The notes beneath the pieces were generated by a model. The model was not told the DNA's origin and searched no databases. It saw only the letters and a list, made by a program, of their open reading frames with translations. This document shows, in pieces, positions 37,001-50,009 of a DNA stretch of 64,000 nucleotides. The stretch is from Malacoraja senta. Taxonomy: Eukaryota. A program made the position numbers and the translations under genes. The stretch lies in contig CM075981.1 in NCBI GenBank assembly GCA_038087875.1, positions 19,282,001 to 19,346,000 on the forward strand. The letters are read 5' to 3'. Position 1 is the stretch's first letter. Each line of letters begins with the position of its first letter.

Positions 37001-39657
37001 ATAACCCAACGTTAACTATACAAACAGATGCCAGTGCTCAAGGCTGGGGAGCAACTAATACCATATCCAGCACAGGTGGTAGATGGACTAACCTAGACTC
37101 ATCTTTACTACAAACACTGGGCATAAATTATTTGGAAATGTTAGGTGTGTTTTATAGTTTTAAAGCATATTCTAGGAATATGCACAACTTGCATGTTCAT
37201 TTACAAATTGATAATATGACGGTGGTGGCCTATATTAACCATATGGGCGGAATAAAGTCGATATCATGTGACAATTGGGTCAACACAATCTGGTAATGGT
37301 GGGTCGATAGACATATTTGGCTATCAGCAACTTACCTACCAGGTAAGCTAAATACAGTGCCAGGTCACGCAAATTCAATGATAAACACCGAATGGATGTT
37401 AAATCCTAGAGCTTTTGCTAAAATTACAAACCAATATGGCACACCAGATATCGATATCTTTGCATCCAGACTAAATCACCACGTACCAATGTATGTCCCT
37501 TGGGAACCACACCCTGAGGCAGCAGCGATAGATGCATTCGCGCTGAACTGGGGGACCTATTTCTTCTATGCTTTTCCCCCTTTCTGCCTTAATCTGTAGG
37601 GTACTACGCAAAATACAGATGGACTCTGCTTCAGGTCTTTTGATAGTACCAACTGGCCTACACAGCCATGGTTCCCAGTGGTACTCGACATGGTCATCGA
37701 AACTCCTATGACCTTTCCCAGTAGCCCAGACCTATTGACGCACCCTGTATCAGGCATAAGTCATCCATGCCATGACAAAATTAACCTACTGGGTTGCAGA
37801 TTATCAAAAGACCACTGCTGGGACTGGGGTGTCTGACAGGACCATCAACATGATGACACCGTATGTCCACCAGGAAACAATACCTATCGAGCATCAGGAA
37901 GTGGGAAAGATACTGCTCGACTACTGGGACAATGTAGTCATCTGCAACCATAACCAATGTACTGGAGTTCCTGGGGGGCCTTCACCATAATGAAGGATTG
38001 AGCTACAGCGCCATCAATACTGCCAGAGGTGCGCTGTCAGCCTACTTAAAACAGGTGCCAGGACAACAGGCCATAGGGTCTCAACCGCTGGTGATCAAAC
38101 TCATGAGGAATATTGTCAACTCCAACCCTCTTAGACCTAGGTATACCCAAATCTGGGATGTCAGTGTGGTCCTGACATACATAAGGGGATGGTCCCCAGC
38201 CAGGTTTCACCCTGGAAAAGCTAACCCTGAAAACGGTCATGCTGATGCCACTAGTCTCAGCACAAAGAGTCCAGTCCCTCCACTTACTGCGACTGGACAA
38301 CATGGTTATAACACCAGACCGGGTCATTCACCATTCAGGAGCTGCTAAAGCAGAGCAAGCCAGGAACTTGAGTCCTAGTTATGGATTTCCGGGCATACCC
38401 ACCTGACCTACGGTTGTGTGTCATGACTCACTTATTCACTTACATCAACACAACAAGAGATTCTCGAGGGAGAGGGAAAGGAAAAAAAATAAAAAAATAA
38501 AAATATTTTAAAAAAAAGCCTTATGGTCACCCACAAGAAACCTCATGGTTGGGTGTCGAGCCAAACCATCTCGAGATGGCTCAAGCAGGTACTGTGAGCT
38601 GCTGGAGTAGATACTGATGTATATACATCTCACTCCACCAGGGCAGCATCCACATCGGCGGCTAAAAGAATGAACATGGAGAAAACGTTCCAGACGTTCT
38701 ACCACGAGCCGCTACCAGAACCTGTGTTATTTGCAGAAACTTTTAAAATCTGCAAAAATATATAATTTAAGCCCGGGGGAGCATTTTGTCTTTTGTTATT
38801 GTTTAATAGATACCATTATTGTTTACAAACAGATTATGGTTGATTACGATAACATAGTTCCTCCCTTGAATGACTTCGGCAGCGAGTGAAGTATGAACTG
38901 TTACACGGTTTGAAATCACAGAGCTTTAAAATCTTCACGTAGTCACTCACGTGACTCCGAAGTAAAATAGTAAGATTAAACGAGAACTTACCAGTTTGAA
39001 GTTTGATCTGTATTTTATGAGGAGTTACGATGAGGGATTACGTGCCCTCCGCTCCCACCCTCAATTATAGATCAACTGGTATCTTAGTTCTCCTTTTCTT
39101 TGCTATGTTTATTTCAATTATTGTGTTTCCACACCGCTGCTTTGAAGAATGTCGCGCATGCGTGCTGGACGGGCTCTTCACGTAATCCCTCATCGTAACT
39201 CCTCATAAAATACAGATCAAACTTCAAACTGGTAAGTTCTCGTTTAATCTTACTATTATTGTCAGATCTGACTAATTGAACTGTTGTTGAATAACATTTT
39301 TGCATAAGTAAGATGTTCTTTGAAATATGCCGTTAAATATATACAGTTACTTTTGTTGACGTTAAACCTTTCTTGTTAAACAAATTGTTGTTTTTTAATA
39401 TGATATTATTTTTAAGCTGATGTTAAATAAACAATTTATTTCTTTAAAAGTTATTGGTCCTTAGATTTATTGTAGATAAGATCACTTCCAATCTGATTAT
39501 TATACTTCAGTGTAACCTTCCTGTTGTGAAGGCGGGTGACGCGGATTGTCATAGCCTGTCGTAGATTGGCGTACAACTTGAATTTTTTTAGGGCGACTAT
39601 GGGCGTCAGTCACTGACACGCGCAGTCGCCGAAAAAAATTGCAAAGTGGGACAGGCC
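34024..39657. mobile_element. Non-autonomous TIR element (PIF/Harbinger-like MITE) interrupted by DIRS-B
   Basis: TIRs (G)GGCCTGTCCCACTT at 34024-34038 and AAGTGGGACAGGCC at 39644-39657, preceded by TAA. The family assignment is inference. Confidence 0.6.
34447..39257 (+). mobile_element. DIRS1-type retrotransposon (DIRS-B), structurally complete, ORFs disrupted
   Basis: Left ITR from 34447, ICR 38933-39044, right ITR plus extension ~39148-39257. RT 36124-36432 (IDLKDAYYSV), RNase H (IQTDASAQGWG), MT (DIFASRLN...YAFPPF) and YR remnants 37998-38700. Confidence 0.95.
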
Positions 39658-41118
39658 ATTTACAGGTGGGAAGGGGGAAGGGGGGAGGGGGAGAGTGAAG
39701 GGAATGGGGAGGAAGGAGGGGAGGAGGGGATGTCCGGTCATTACAGACAAACTAGCAATTTCATCACAGAACAAACACAATTGGAAACCTTCGCAGCTGT
39801 CTTTGGTTCCAGGAACGGTTCGTTGTTTCTTGGGATAATTGGTTGGGCACAGGTTCTCTTCTGATTCTGTGCCCACGGCTCTCTCCCTCTCCCGGTCTCA
39901 CCTGGTCGATTCGCAGACACAACACCTCACCACCTCAAACCCTCCTCTCCTTCCCAGACTCTCTCTCACTCCAACCTCTGTCCTTCGACCTCCTCTCGGC
40001 TTCCCGCCCCTGCTCACTCTGTCACCTGCCATTCCCAATCAACATTCTCTCCCTCTCTCCCCATCTCTCCCCATGGGAAAGGCAGCCTCCATTCCCGTGC
40101 TCTCCCAATCCACAGCCCCACCCAGCCATCGTACTGTGGATACATCTATTGTGGGGTGAGGGAACATATTGATGAATCTCTTCTGCACTCTCACCAGTGC
40201 AATGAAATCCCCCCTTTAGTGTGGTGACCCGAACTGTATATAATACTCTCACGGAATTCTAATCAATATGTTATAAAGTTGTACCATAACCTCTCTGTTC
40301 TGTATTAAATGTCCCAGCTAATGAACCCCACACACAGTGCCAGAGTTGGAGATGAGTCTGAATGCAACAGAACATTCGCAAAGTGAGGGGTGGAGTGGGG
40401 GTCGGTCGGGAGTGGCCTGAAGTTGTTGACAGGTAGAAAATCGCTGAGATCCTGTGGACCAGAAAGGATTTACTAGGATGTTGCCAAGATAATAGGGACT
40501 GAGTTACAGGGAAAGATTGGCCAGGCTAGGAATTTATTCATTGAACGGACAAGACTAATCTTATCGAGGTATCTAAAATCATGAATAACATAGATAGGAT
40601 GATTGCACATAGTCTTTTTCCCAGTGTTGAGGAATTAAGAACTTGAGGGCATAGCTTTAAGATGAGAGGGGAAAGATTGAACAGGAACCTGGGGGGCATA
40701 TTTTTCACATAGAAGGAGGGGGTGGGATATATATATAATACAGTATATGGAATGCTGCTAGAGGTAGGTACATCGTAACATTTAAGACTTTTGGAAAGGT
40801 ACGTGAAATGGTTTAGAGGGAAAAGTCAAATTTTGGCAAATGGTACCAGCTAAGTTAGGAAGGATGAGTTGGGTCGAAGAACCTATCTTCTTGGAGACTC
40901 AAGGAACTGATGAATCTGGTTTATTAAAAAGACGTACAGTGCAAAGTGGCAAAGGGCCAGGATGTATGTCAGGACAGGTGATATTTGAGGTTAACACCTT
41001 TCTTCAGATTGATTGTAATAGTAAATTGGGGTTGGGGGGAGATGTAGATAGCTAGAAGAGAGGTGGGGGCAGGACAAAGTTTGGGAAGTGATAGGTTGGT
41101 ACAGGTGAGGTGGGATTT

Positions 41119-43053
41119 AGAAACATAGATACATAGAAAATAGGTGCAGGAGTAGGCCATTCGGCCCGTCGAGCCTGCACCGCCATTCAATATGATCATG
41201 GCTGATCATCCAACTCAGTATCCCGTACCTGCCTTCTCTCCATACCCCCTGATCCCTTTAGCCACAAGGGCCACATCTAACTCCCTCTTAAATATAGCCT
41301 ATGAACTGGCCTCAACTACATTCTGTGGCAGAGTGTTCTAGAGATTCACCACTCCCTGTGTGCAACAAGTTTTTCTCATCTCGGTCCTAAAGGATTTCTC
41401 CTCTATCCTTAAGCTGTGACCCCTTGTCCTGGACTTCCCCAACATCAGGAACAATCTTCCTGCATCTAACCTGTCCAACCCCTTAAGAATTTTGTAAGTT
41501 TCTAAAAGATCCCCCCTCAATCTCCTAAATTCTAGCGAGTACAAGCCGAGTCTATCCAGTCTTTCTAAATATGAAAGTCCTGACATCCCAGGAATCAGTC
41601 TGGTGAACCTTCTCTGCACTCCCTCTATGGCAATAATGTCCTTCCTCAGATTTGGAGACCAAAACTGTACGCAATAGTCCAGGTGTGGTCTCACCAAAAC
41701 CCTGTACAACTGCAGTAGAACCTCCCTGCTCCTATACTCAAATCCTTTTGCTATGAATGCTAACATACCATTTGCTTTCTTCACTGCCTGCTGCACCTGC
41801 ATGCCTACTTTCAATGAGTGGTGTACCATGACACCCATGTCTCATTGCATCTCCCCTTTTCCTAATCGGCCACCATTTAGATAATAGTCTGCTTTCCTGT
41901 TTTTGCCACCAAAGTGGATAACCTCACATTTATCCACATTATACTGCATCTGCCATGCATTTGCCCACTCAGCCAGCCTATCCAAGTCACCTTGCAGCCT
42001 CCTAGCATCCTCCTCACAGCTAACACTGCCCCCCAGCTTAGTGTCATCCGCAAACTTGGAGATGTTGCATTCAATTCCCTCATCCAAATTATTAATATAT
42101 ATTGTAAATAGCTGGGGTCCCAGCACTGAGCCTTGCGGTACCCCACTAGTCGCTGCCTGCCATTCTGAAAAGGACCTTTTTACTCCTACTCTTTGCTTCC
42201 TGTTTGCCAGCTGTTCTCTATCCACATCAATACGGAACCCCCAATACCGTGTGCTTTAAGTTTGTATACTAATCTCTTATGTGGGACCTTGTTGAAAGCC
42301 TTCAGAAAGTCCAGATATAACACATCCACTGGTTTTCCCCTATCCACTCTACTAGTTACATCCTCGAAAATTTCTATAAGATTCGTCAGACATGATTTAC
42401 CTTTTGTAAATCCATGCTGACTTTGTCCAATGATTTCACCACTTTTCAAATGTGCTGCAATCCCATCTTTAATAACTGACTCTAGCAGTTTCACCACTAC
42501 CGATGTTAGACTAACTGGTCTGTAATTCCCCGTTTTCTCTCTCCCTCCCTTTTTAAAAAGTGGGGTTACATTAGCTACCCTCCAATCCTCAGGAACTACT
42601 CCAGAATCTAAAGAGTTTTGAAAAATTATCACAAATGCATCACTATTTCTGGAGCTACTTCCTTAAGTATTCTGGGATGCAGCCTATTTGGCCCTGGGGA
42701 TTTATCGGCCTTTAATCCATTCAATTTACCTAACACCACTTCCCGGCTCTCCTGGATTTCACTCAGTTCCTCCATCTCCTTTAACCCGCGGTCCCCTGCA
42801 ATTTCCAGCAGATTATTTATGTCTTCCTTAGTGAAGACGGAACCAAAGTACTTATTCAATTGGTCCGCCATATCCTTGTTCCCCATGATCAATTCACCTG
42901 TTTCTGACTGCAAGGGACCTACATTTGTTTTAACTAATCTCTTTCTCTTCACATATCTATAAAAACGTTTGCAGTCAGTTTTACTGTTCCCTGCCAGTTT
43001 TCTTTCATAATCTATTTTCCCTTTCCTAATTAAGCCCTTTGTCCTCCTCTGCT
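41119..43053 (-). mobile_element. 5'-truncated CR1 (1935 bp) inserted in copy B without a visible TSD
   Basis: The empty site GTGGGATTT|GATTGGCAG lies at ~32244 in copy A. ORFs 42186-42632, 41842-42225 and 41338-41838. Confidence 0.92.
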
Positions 43054-43781
43054 GATTGGCAGTTGCATAATTCTCCGACATTTCCGCCATCTTCAATGTG
43101 ATCCCACCACTAGTCTCATCTTCCCATTCCCACCCCTTTCCACCTTCTGCAGAGACCACTCCCTCCACAACCTGGTTTCATTCATCCCTTCCCACATTTT
43201 CCACCCCTTCCCTCGTTACTTACATGTGACACCTGCCCTATAATGTGAATGGTTGGCATGAATTAGGTGGGCCAAAGGGCCTGTTCCATGCTGTATCTCC
43301 TACCTAAACTAAAATATAGTTAAATATATTAAAATATTGTAACCATTTGCTGTTTTTCTTGCTCTCATATTCTGCTTCTCCTTTCTTTGTCAATGTCTTG
43401 ATCCTTTGCACAACTGTGAAATGTTTTGCATTCCTTGTGTCTAATATTCATTGGTAACATTTTAAGTTTGAGTTTATTATTGTTATGTGTGGTGAGGTAC
43501 AGTGTAAATCTTTATTTTGCATGCTACCCAAACAGATCAGATAGTCCATGCACAGACACAATCATTTGAAACTGAGTACAGTAGATAGAGCAAAGACAAA
43601 GATACAGAGTGCAGAATCTAGTTCCCAGCATTGTGGCACCAGTTTTCGACATTTCCTTTGATCTAATCTCTTTAATCTTATTAACCACAGCTGTCGTACT
43701 TATGTTTGTGTTCTGGTGTGGAAATCTTTCTAACTACTGGCTCAGTCTAGTTAATGGGTGGCATTACTGGCTCCTACCATG

Positions 43782-45853
43782 CTTCCCTATACGCGGATGA
43801 TATATTACTGTACATTACAAAACCTTAAATCACTATACCAAATATATTTAATTTAATTGAAGACTTTGGATCTTTTTCTGGATGTAGAATAAATTGGAAT
43901 AAAAGTGAAATTATGTCAATAAAACCGAAAGATTCAACACATCTTTTAAAATTCCCTTTTAAAATAGCTACAGAAAAATTTAAATATTTGGGAATCGTAA
44001 TTACCAGACCATATCAAGGTATGTTTAGGGCAAATTTTGACCCCCTACTTAATAAATTAAACACGCTAATTAAATTCTGGAAAACGCTCCCGATGTCTTT
44101 AATAGGCCGAATAAACGCAATAAAAATGATCTTTTTACCACAAATTTTATACCTATTTCAATCAATTCCTATATACTTACCAAAGAAGTTTTAAAAAAAA
44201 CTCGACTCAGATATCACTAATTTTATATGGGACTATAAATCACATAGAATACAAAAAATTCATCTGAATAAACCTAAAGTATTAGGGGGTTTAGCACTAC
44301 CTAATTTTATGTATTATTATTGGTCAGTAAATATTAAAAATATGATTCAACTGATGGATAACTCCGCCCAGCAAGTGGACTGGATTGTAATGGAGAAAGA
44401 GGATTGCTCCTCTAGAAACATTGGAGCGATCCTCCTTTCTCCAATGAAATTGAATAACATAAATTATAATAAGAACCCAATTATTCATAGTACAATCCGA
44501 ATTTGGAAACAAATAAAACAAAATTTAAAATTAAGAAATGTATCACTTTTATTACCTATAGTCAATAACCCTTCGTTTAATCCTTCTATTATAGATAAAG
44601 CTTATACACAATGGGATAGACTAGGAATTAAAACGCTTGGTGACTTGTATGAAACTGGAAAATTACTTTCATTTCAACAATTACAAATAAAATATAAACT
44701 CGGAAATAATCAATATTTTAAATATTTTCAAATATGCGACTATTTGAAAAAATATACAAAAGATCATTATAATAACCCAGTAGATGTATTGGACGAGGCA
44801 ATGCAGATAAAAGCGGAATCAGCAAAGTTAATATCATATTTGTATAATATTATCTTAAATGTACAAATACCATCTACGGAGGGTATCAGAAGAGACTGGG
44901 AACAAGAGTTAGCTATTAAAATTTCAAAGGAAAGTTGGAATGAATACTTATTAAATGTGCATAAATGCTCGATTAATGTAAGACACACTTTAATACAATT
45001 TAAAATTTTACATAGATTATATTATTCGAAAACTAAAATTCATAAAATTTTCCCAAATGTATCATCTATTTGTGATAAATGTCAATCCCAAGAAGCTACT
45101 ATAGCGCACTCATTCGTTTTCTGTACAAAAATTCAAAAATTTTGGAATGAAATTTTTGAAATCTTTACAAAGTTATTTAAAACAAGACTGATACCCAAAG
45201 CAGAATGGATTATCTTCGGTATAACGGAAGATGGTCCAGAAATAAATGTGTTTCAAAAGAAACTAATGGACTATGGGTTAATAACTGGAAAAAAGCTAAT
45301 TCTAAAATTTTGGAAGAAGGCTCCAATACCAACTATAAATATGTGGATTTCAAATATGTTTGAAACATTACACTTAGAAGAGATAAGACTCCTCCTAGCA
45401 GGTAAACCAGATCACTTCCACCTGACGTGGTCTGCATTTATAGAATTATTACAAACATAGGGTGCAAAAGTACTTAAAAAAAAAAAATTGAGGTCAGGTA
45501 AGGGGGGATGATAGTTGAAGAGTTGGTATGTCCCATTTACGTAATGCTCATAAAAATATTTGTTTCTCTTTTTCCTCTTTCTCTTTCTCTTTTTCTCCTA
45601 GGGTCTATTTCTTAACTCTTTTTCTTTTGTTTTTAATTTTGCTCTTATAGGGTCTTCGTCCTTTTTTGTTGTCACATTTCCTACACTTTCACTTTTTCCT
45701 TCACTTTCTTCTTTCTTTCAATCTTTTCCTTTTCTTGTGTAAAAAATAAATGGAGTACATTAATTGTAAGAAGATATAAATGACGAGTACTAATGTATGT
45801 GGTTGTAATGTAATGTACTTCTAATAAATAAAAATAAAAAAAATAAAAAAAAA
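43782..45853 (+). mobile_element. 5'-truncated L1 (from SLYADD to poly-A)
   Basis: Starts CTTCCCTATACGCGGATGAT. ORF 44309-45460 has CDKC...HSFVFC. Pyrimidine-rich 3' UTR and an A-rich tail. Confidence 0.92.
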
Positions 45854-45934
45854 TATTCTGCTTCCCCTTTCTTTGTCAATGTCTTGATCCTTTGCTCAAC
45901 TGTGAAATGTTTTGCAGTCCTTGGGTCTAATATT

Positions 45935-46339
45935 ACATAGATACATAGAAATTAGGTGCAGGAGTAGGCCATTCGGCCCTTCGAGCCTGCACTGCCATTC
46001 AATACGATCATGGCTGATCATCCAACTCAGTATCCCGTACCTGCCTTCTCTCCATACCCCCTGATCCCTTTAGCCACAAGGGCCACATCTAATTCCCTCT
46101 TAAATATAGCCAATGAACTGGCCTCAACTACCCTCTGTGGCAGAGAGTTCCAGAGATTCACCACTCTCTGTGTGAAAAAGTTTTTCCTCATCTCGGTCTT
46201 AAAGGATTTTCCCCTTATCCTTAAGCTGTGACCCCTTGTCCTGGACTTCCCCAACATCGGGAACAATCTTCCTGCATCTAGCCTGTCCAACCCCATAAGA
46301 ATCTTGTACGTTTCTATAAGATTCATGGACTATCTGATA
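45935..46339 (-). mobile_element. Short CR1 3' end with 7-bp TSD (TAATATT)
   Basis: TAATATT at 45928-45934 and 46340-46346. The paralogous empty sites read GTCTAATATTCATTGG. Confidence 0.9.
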
Positions 46340-47189
46340 TAATATTCATTGGTAACATTTTAAGTTTGAGTCAATTATTGTTATGTGTGGTGAGGTACAG
46401 TGTAAATCTTTATTTTGCATGCTACCCAAACAGATCAGATAGTCCATGCACAGACACAATCATTTCAAACCGAGTACAGTAGATAGAGCAAAGACAAAGA
46501 TACAGAGTGCAGAATATAGTTCCCAGCATTGCGGCACCAGTTTTCGACATTTCCTTTGATCTAATCTCTTTAATCTTATTAACCACAGCTGTCGTACTTA
46601 TGTTTGTGTTCCGGTGTGGAAATCTTTCTAACTACTGGCTCAGTCTAGTTAAAGGGTGCCATTACTGGCTCCTACCAAGTTTTTGAAGGTAGAAACTCAG
46701 TCAAGCAGTGTCTGTGCTTTCAGTTTGCTTTATTCAGATATATTCACACCACAGTCGGCGGGGGGGGGGGGGGGGGGGGTATACAAACCGTGGGTACAAA
46801 TGTTACAAACTTTAGTAACATTTTAAGTTTGTGTTTATTATTGTCACATTTGCTGAGGTACAGTGGAAAGCTTTATTTTGCAAGCTACCCAAACAGATTA
46901 GATAGTCCATACACAGACAATAACTTCAAACTAAAGTACAGTAGATAGAGCAAAGGTGAATATATAGCGAGCATAATATAATTCCCAGCAGTGCAGCTCA
47001 TCAATTTTAGTCCTTTTTAAAATCTCTTTAATCTTATTAACCACAGCTGTAGTACTTCTGTTGAATGTATTCAGGTGTGGAAATCTTTTGAACTACTGGC
47101 TCAGTCTAGTTAAAGGGTGCTGTAACTGGCACCTACCATGTGCTTGAAAGTAGTTTCTCATAGTTTGCTTCAGATATATTCACACTTAA

Positions 47190-48018
47190 GGGCCTGTCCC
47201 ACTTGGGCGACATTTTCGGCGACAGCCTGAAAAGAGGTTGTCGCGGCGTGACGCGGGGTGACGCATGTAGTGACGCGCGGTGTCTCCCTGCCGCCCCTGG
47301 ATTTTGTAATGTTCAAAATCTTCAGGCGACATCTGGGTGTCTTGTCATGTTGTGCGCCCTGTCACACGCTGACGTACGCTGTCCTGCGGGTGATGCCCAG
47401 TGACGCGGGTATATAAAGCGCCGACTTTCAAAGCTTTTTAGATTATTTGACTGAAGATAGCCTGGGCCAAAGTGCCCATAAAGAATGAAAAGTACAAAAG
47501 TACATAAATGTACAAAGCACATTATTAAGAACATCTGAAATGAAGTTCTTTCTAACGTGGTGAAAAAATAAATATATTTTTGTCTTGTTGAAGTTCATTG
47601 GAGTTGATGTAAATTGTAACGTTATTGTCAGATCTGACTATTGTTGTTGAATACAATTTTTGCATAAGTATGATGTTCTTTGAAATATGCCGTTAAATAT
47701 ATACAGTTATTTTGTTGAAGTTAAACCTTTCTTGTTAAACAAATTGTTGTTTTTCAATATGATGTTATTTTTAAGCTGACGTTAAATAAACGATTTATTT
47801 CTTCAAAAGTTATTGGTCCTTAGATTTATTGTAGATAAGATCACTTCCAATTTGATTATTATACTTCAGTGTAACCTTCATGTTGTGAAGGCAGGTGACG
47901 CGGAATGTCGTAGCCTGTCGTAGATTGACGTACAACTTGACGTATTTTAGGGCGACTATGGGCGTCAGTCACTGACACTCGCAGTCGCCAAAAAAATCGC
48001 AAAAAAGTGGGACAGGCC
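47190..48018. mobile_element. Uninterrupted copy of the Harbinger-like MITE (829 bp)
   Basis: Same TIRs as 34024/39657, and contains the empty DIRS site at 47621-47623. Confidence 0.6.
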
Positions 48019-48944
48019 ATTTACAGGTGGGAAGGGCGAAGGGGGGAGGGGGAGAGTGAAGGGAATGGGGAGGAAGGAGGGGAGGAGGGGATGTCCGGGC
48101 ATTACAGACAAACTGGCAATTTCATCACAGGACAAACACAATTGGAAAACTTTGCAGCCGTCTTTGGTTCCAGGAACGGTCCGTTGTTTCTTGGGATCAT
48201 TGGTTGGGCACATGTTCTCTTCTGATTCTGTGCCCACGGCGCTCTCCCTCTCCCGGTCTCACCTGCGCGACTCGCAGACAGAACACCTCACCACCTCAAA
48301 CCCTCCTCTCCTTCCCAGACTCTCTCACACTCCAACCTCTGTCCTACCTCCTCCTGGCTTCCCGACCCCTGCTCACTCTGTCACCTGCCATTCCCAATCA
48401 ACATTCTCTCCCTCTCTCCCCATCTGGCAGCCTCCTTTCCCAGGCTCTCCCAATCCACAGCCCCACCCAGCCATCCTCGCTCTACTCTTTACACCTCCAG
48501 ACCTCCTTCTGCTCTCTGTCCTTCCCCCACTCTCTGTCCCAATGATCCTCCCTCATTCATCTGTCCTTCCCCATGCCACCCATCTTCCTTCCATCCCCTC
48601 CATCTCTCTTCTTATTCCTGATATCTCTGCCCACCCCCACCCCCCCCGAACCCTCTACATCCATTCCCTCTTATCCTTTGTCACTTCTCTCTATCTCTCC
48701 TCAATATCTGTCCCTCACCCTCCCCATCTTTGGCTGCCATAACTCTTCTCACCCTCCCGACCTTCCTGCTGACTTCCCTTTGTAGAGTAGGGAGTGCGAG
48801 AGGGGAAGTACGGAGATATATGCAGGGAAGGAGAGGGACGGGAAAGAGAAAAATGGGGAAGGGGAGAGGAAGGGAAGTGAGTGAGGAGCAGTGGCAGAGG
48901 TTGGTGGAAAAGCAGATGTGGAGAAGGAAAGAGGTGAGGGGAAG

Positions 48945-48994
48945 TCATTCAGTCTTGTGAGGCCTGTCTGCAGTTCCACTGACAGGGCGGGAGC
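48945..48994 (-). CDS. Putative terminal (cytoplasmic) exon of CD2/SLAM-like gene 2
   Basis: Branch-site CACTGAC, a long pyrimidine tract and CCCCACAG|. Phase-1 reading after the TM exon gives SSRPVSGTADRPHKTE-stop. Confidence 0.55.
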
Positions 48995-49099
48995 CTGTGG
49001 GGAGAGAGATAGGAGAGGTCAGTGCACCCTACTAGAGTCCGCAGGAGATGAAACACCTATCCGTATACCTTCACCCACGCCTCTATCCAGTGACCCTAG

Positions 49100-49385
49100 C
49101 ATTCCTTCCAGCTGAGAAAGACATTCACATGCACCTCCTCTAACCTCAATTAATACATCCAGTTTTCCCAATATAGCCTCCTGTACACTGGGAGACCAAG
49201 CATGGACTCGTTGTCTGTTTAAATGAACAGTTTTGTTTGTCCACCAATGCCTACTGGATTTCCCATTTGCTATCATTTTAACTCCCCTTCCCATTCCCAC
49301 ATTTACTTTTCTGTCCTATGCCTCGTCCATTGGCAAAGTGAGGCCATACACAAATTGGAGGAACACCACCTTGGATAGCTCACAA
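49100..49385 (+). mobile_element. Degraded Penelope GIY-YIG fragment
   Basis: cacatgcacctcctctaacc...gggagaccaagc...ttttaactccccttccc parallels 16680-16900. Confidence 0.6.
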
Positions 49386-50009
49386 CCAGTGATAACCTAC
49401 CTACCTACCTACCTATCTACCTATATATCTATCCATACATAACTAAAACTATGATCTTATGCTCTTCCGGTTTGCGCGGTTCTTCTATTTGTGCAAAGAC
49501 GGTACAGGATAGCACTACGATTTTTCGCATCCTTACTCACCATTCTCCTGTGCTCATGTGTGACAAGTTTTGTTCTGATCGATGGTATATTGTAAAAGTT
49601 ATTAAGGTTTGAAATTCTTAAAAACCTCACATGCGCAGATTGGTCTCCTTTCCTGTCTGTCACCGCCACATAGATTGGTTTCCTCTCGTGCCAGTTAGGA
49701 AGGGGCATTGCCGGGATGCCGACACCTCTTCCTGCACCATCGCCGCACCGATTGGCGGCGTCCGCTGTCAATCGGCTGGAGGTCGCCACCGGCGCCGCGG
49801 TGAAGGAGTGGTGGCAGCCTGGTTGGGAGGGTGGTGCCGCACGCCGAGCCTGGGGACTGGGACGGAGCCGAGCTGAGCCGAGCCTGGGGCTGGAGCTGAA
49901 GTGAGGACCAAGCCCGAGGCTTGGGATGAGGCCGTGACCGGGGCCGAGAAAGAAGCCGCAGCCTGGGATGGAACCAAGGACGAGCCTGGGTCCGGGGTCA
50001 GGGACGAGC

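Larger units (their letters stand above)
31219..40131. repeat. Tandem segmental duplication, copy A (carries DIRS-B)
   Basis: Collinear with 40132-48475 once insertions are removed. Both copies start TACTGTGGA and end CCCACCCAGCCATC. Confidence 0.88.
40132..48475. repeat. Tandem segmental duplication, copy B (carries two CR1s, an L1 and a 414-bp duplication)
   Basis: Blocks 40132-41118, 43054-43781, 45854-46780, 46781-47620 and 47624-48475 match copy A blocks in order. Confidence 0.88.
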
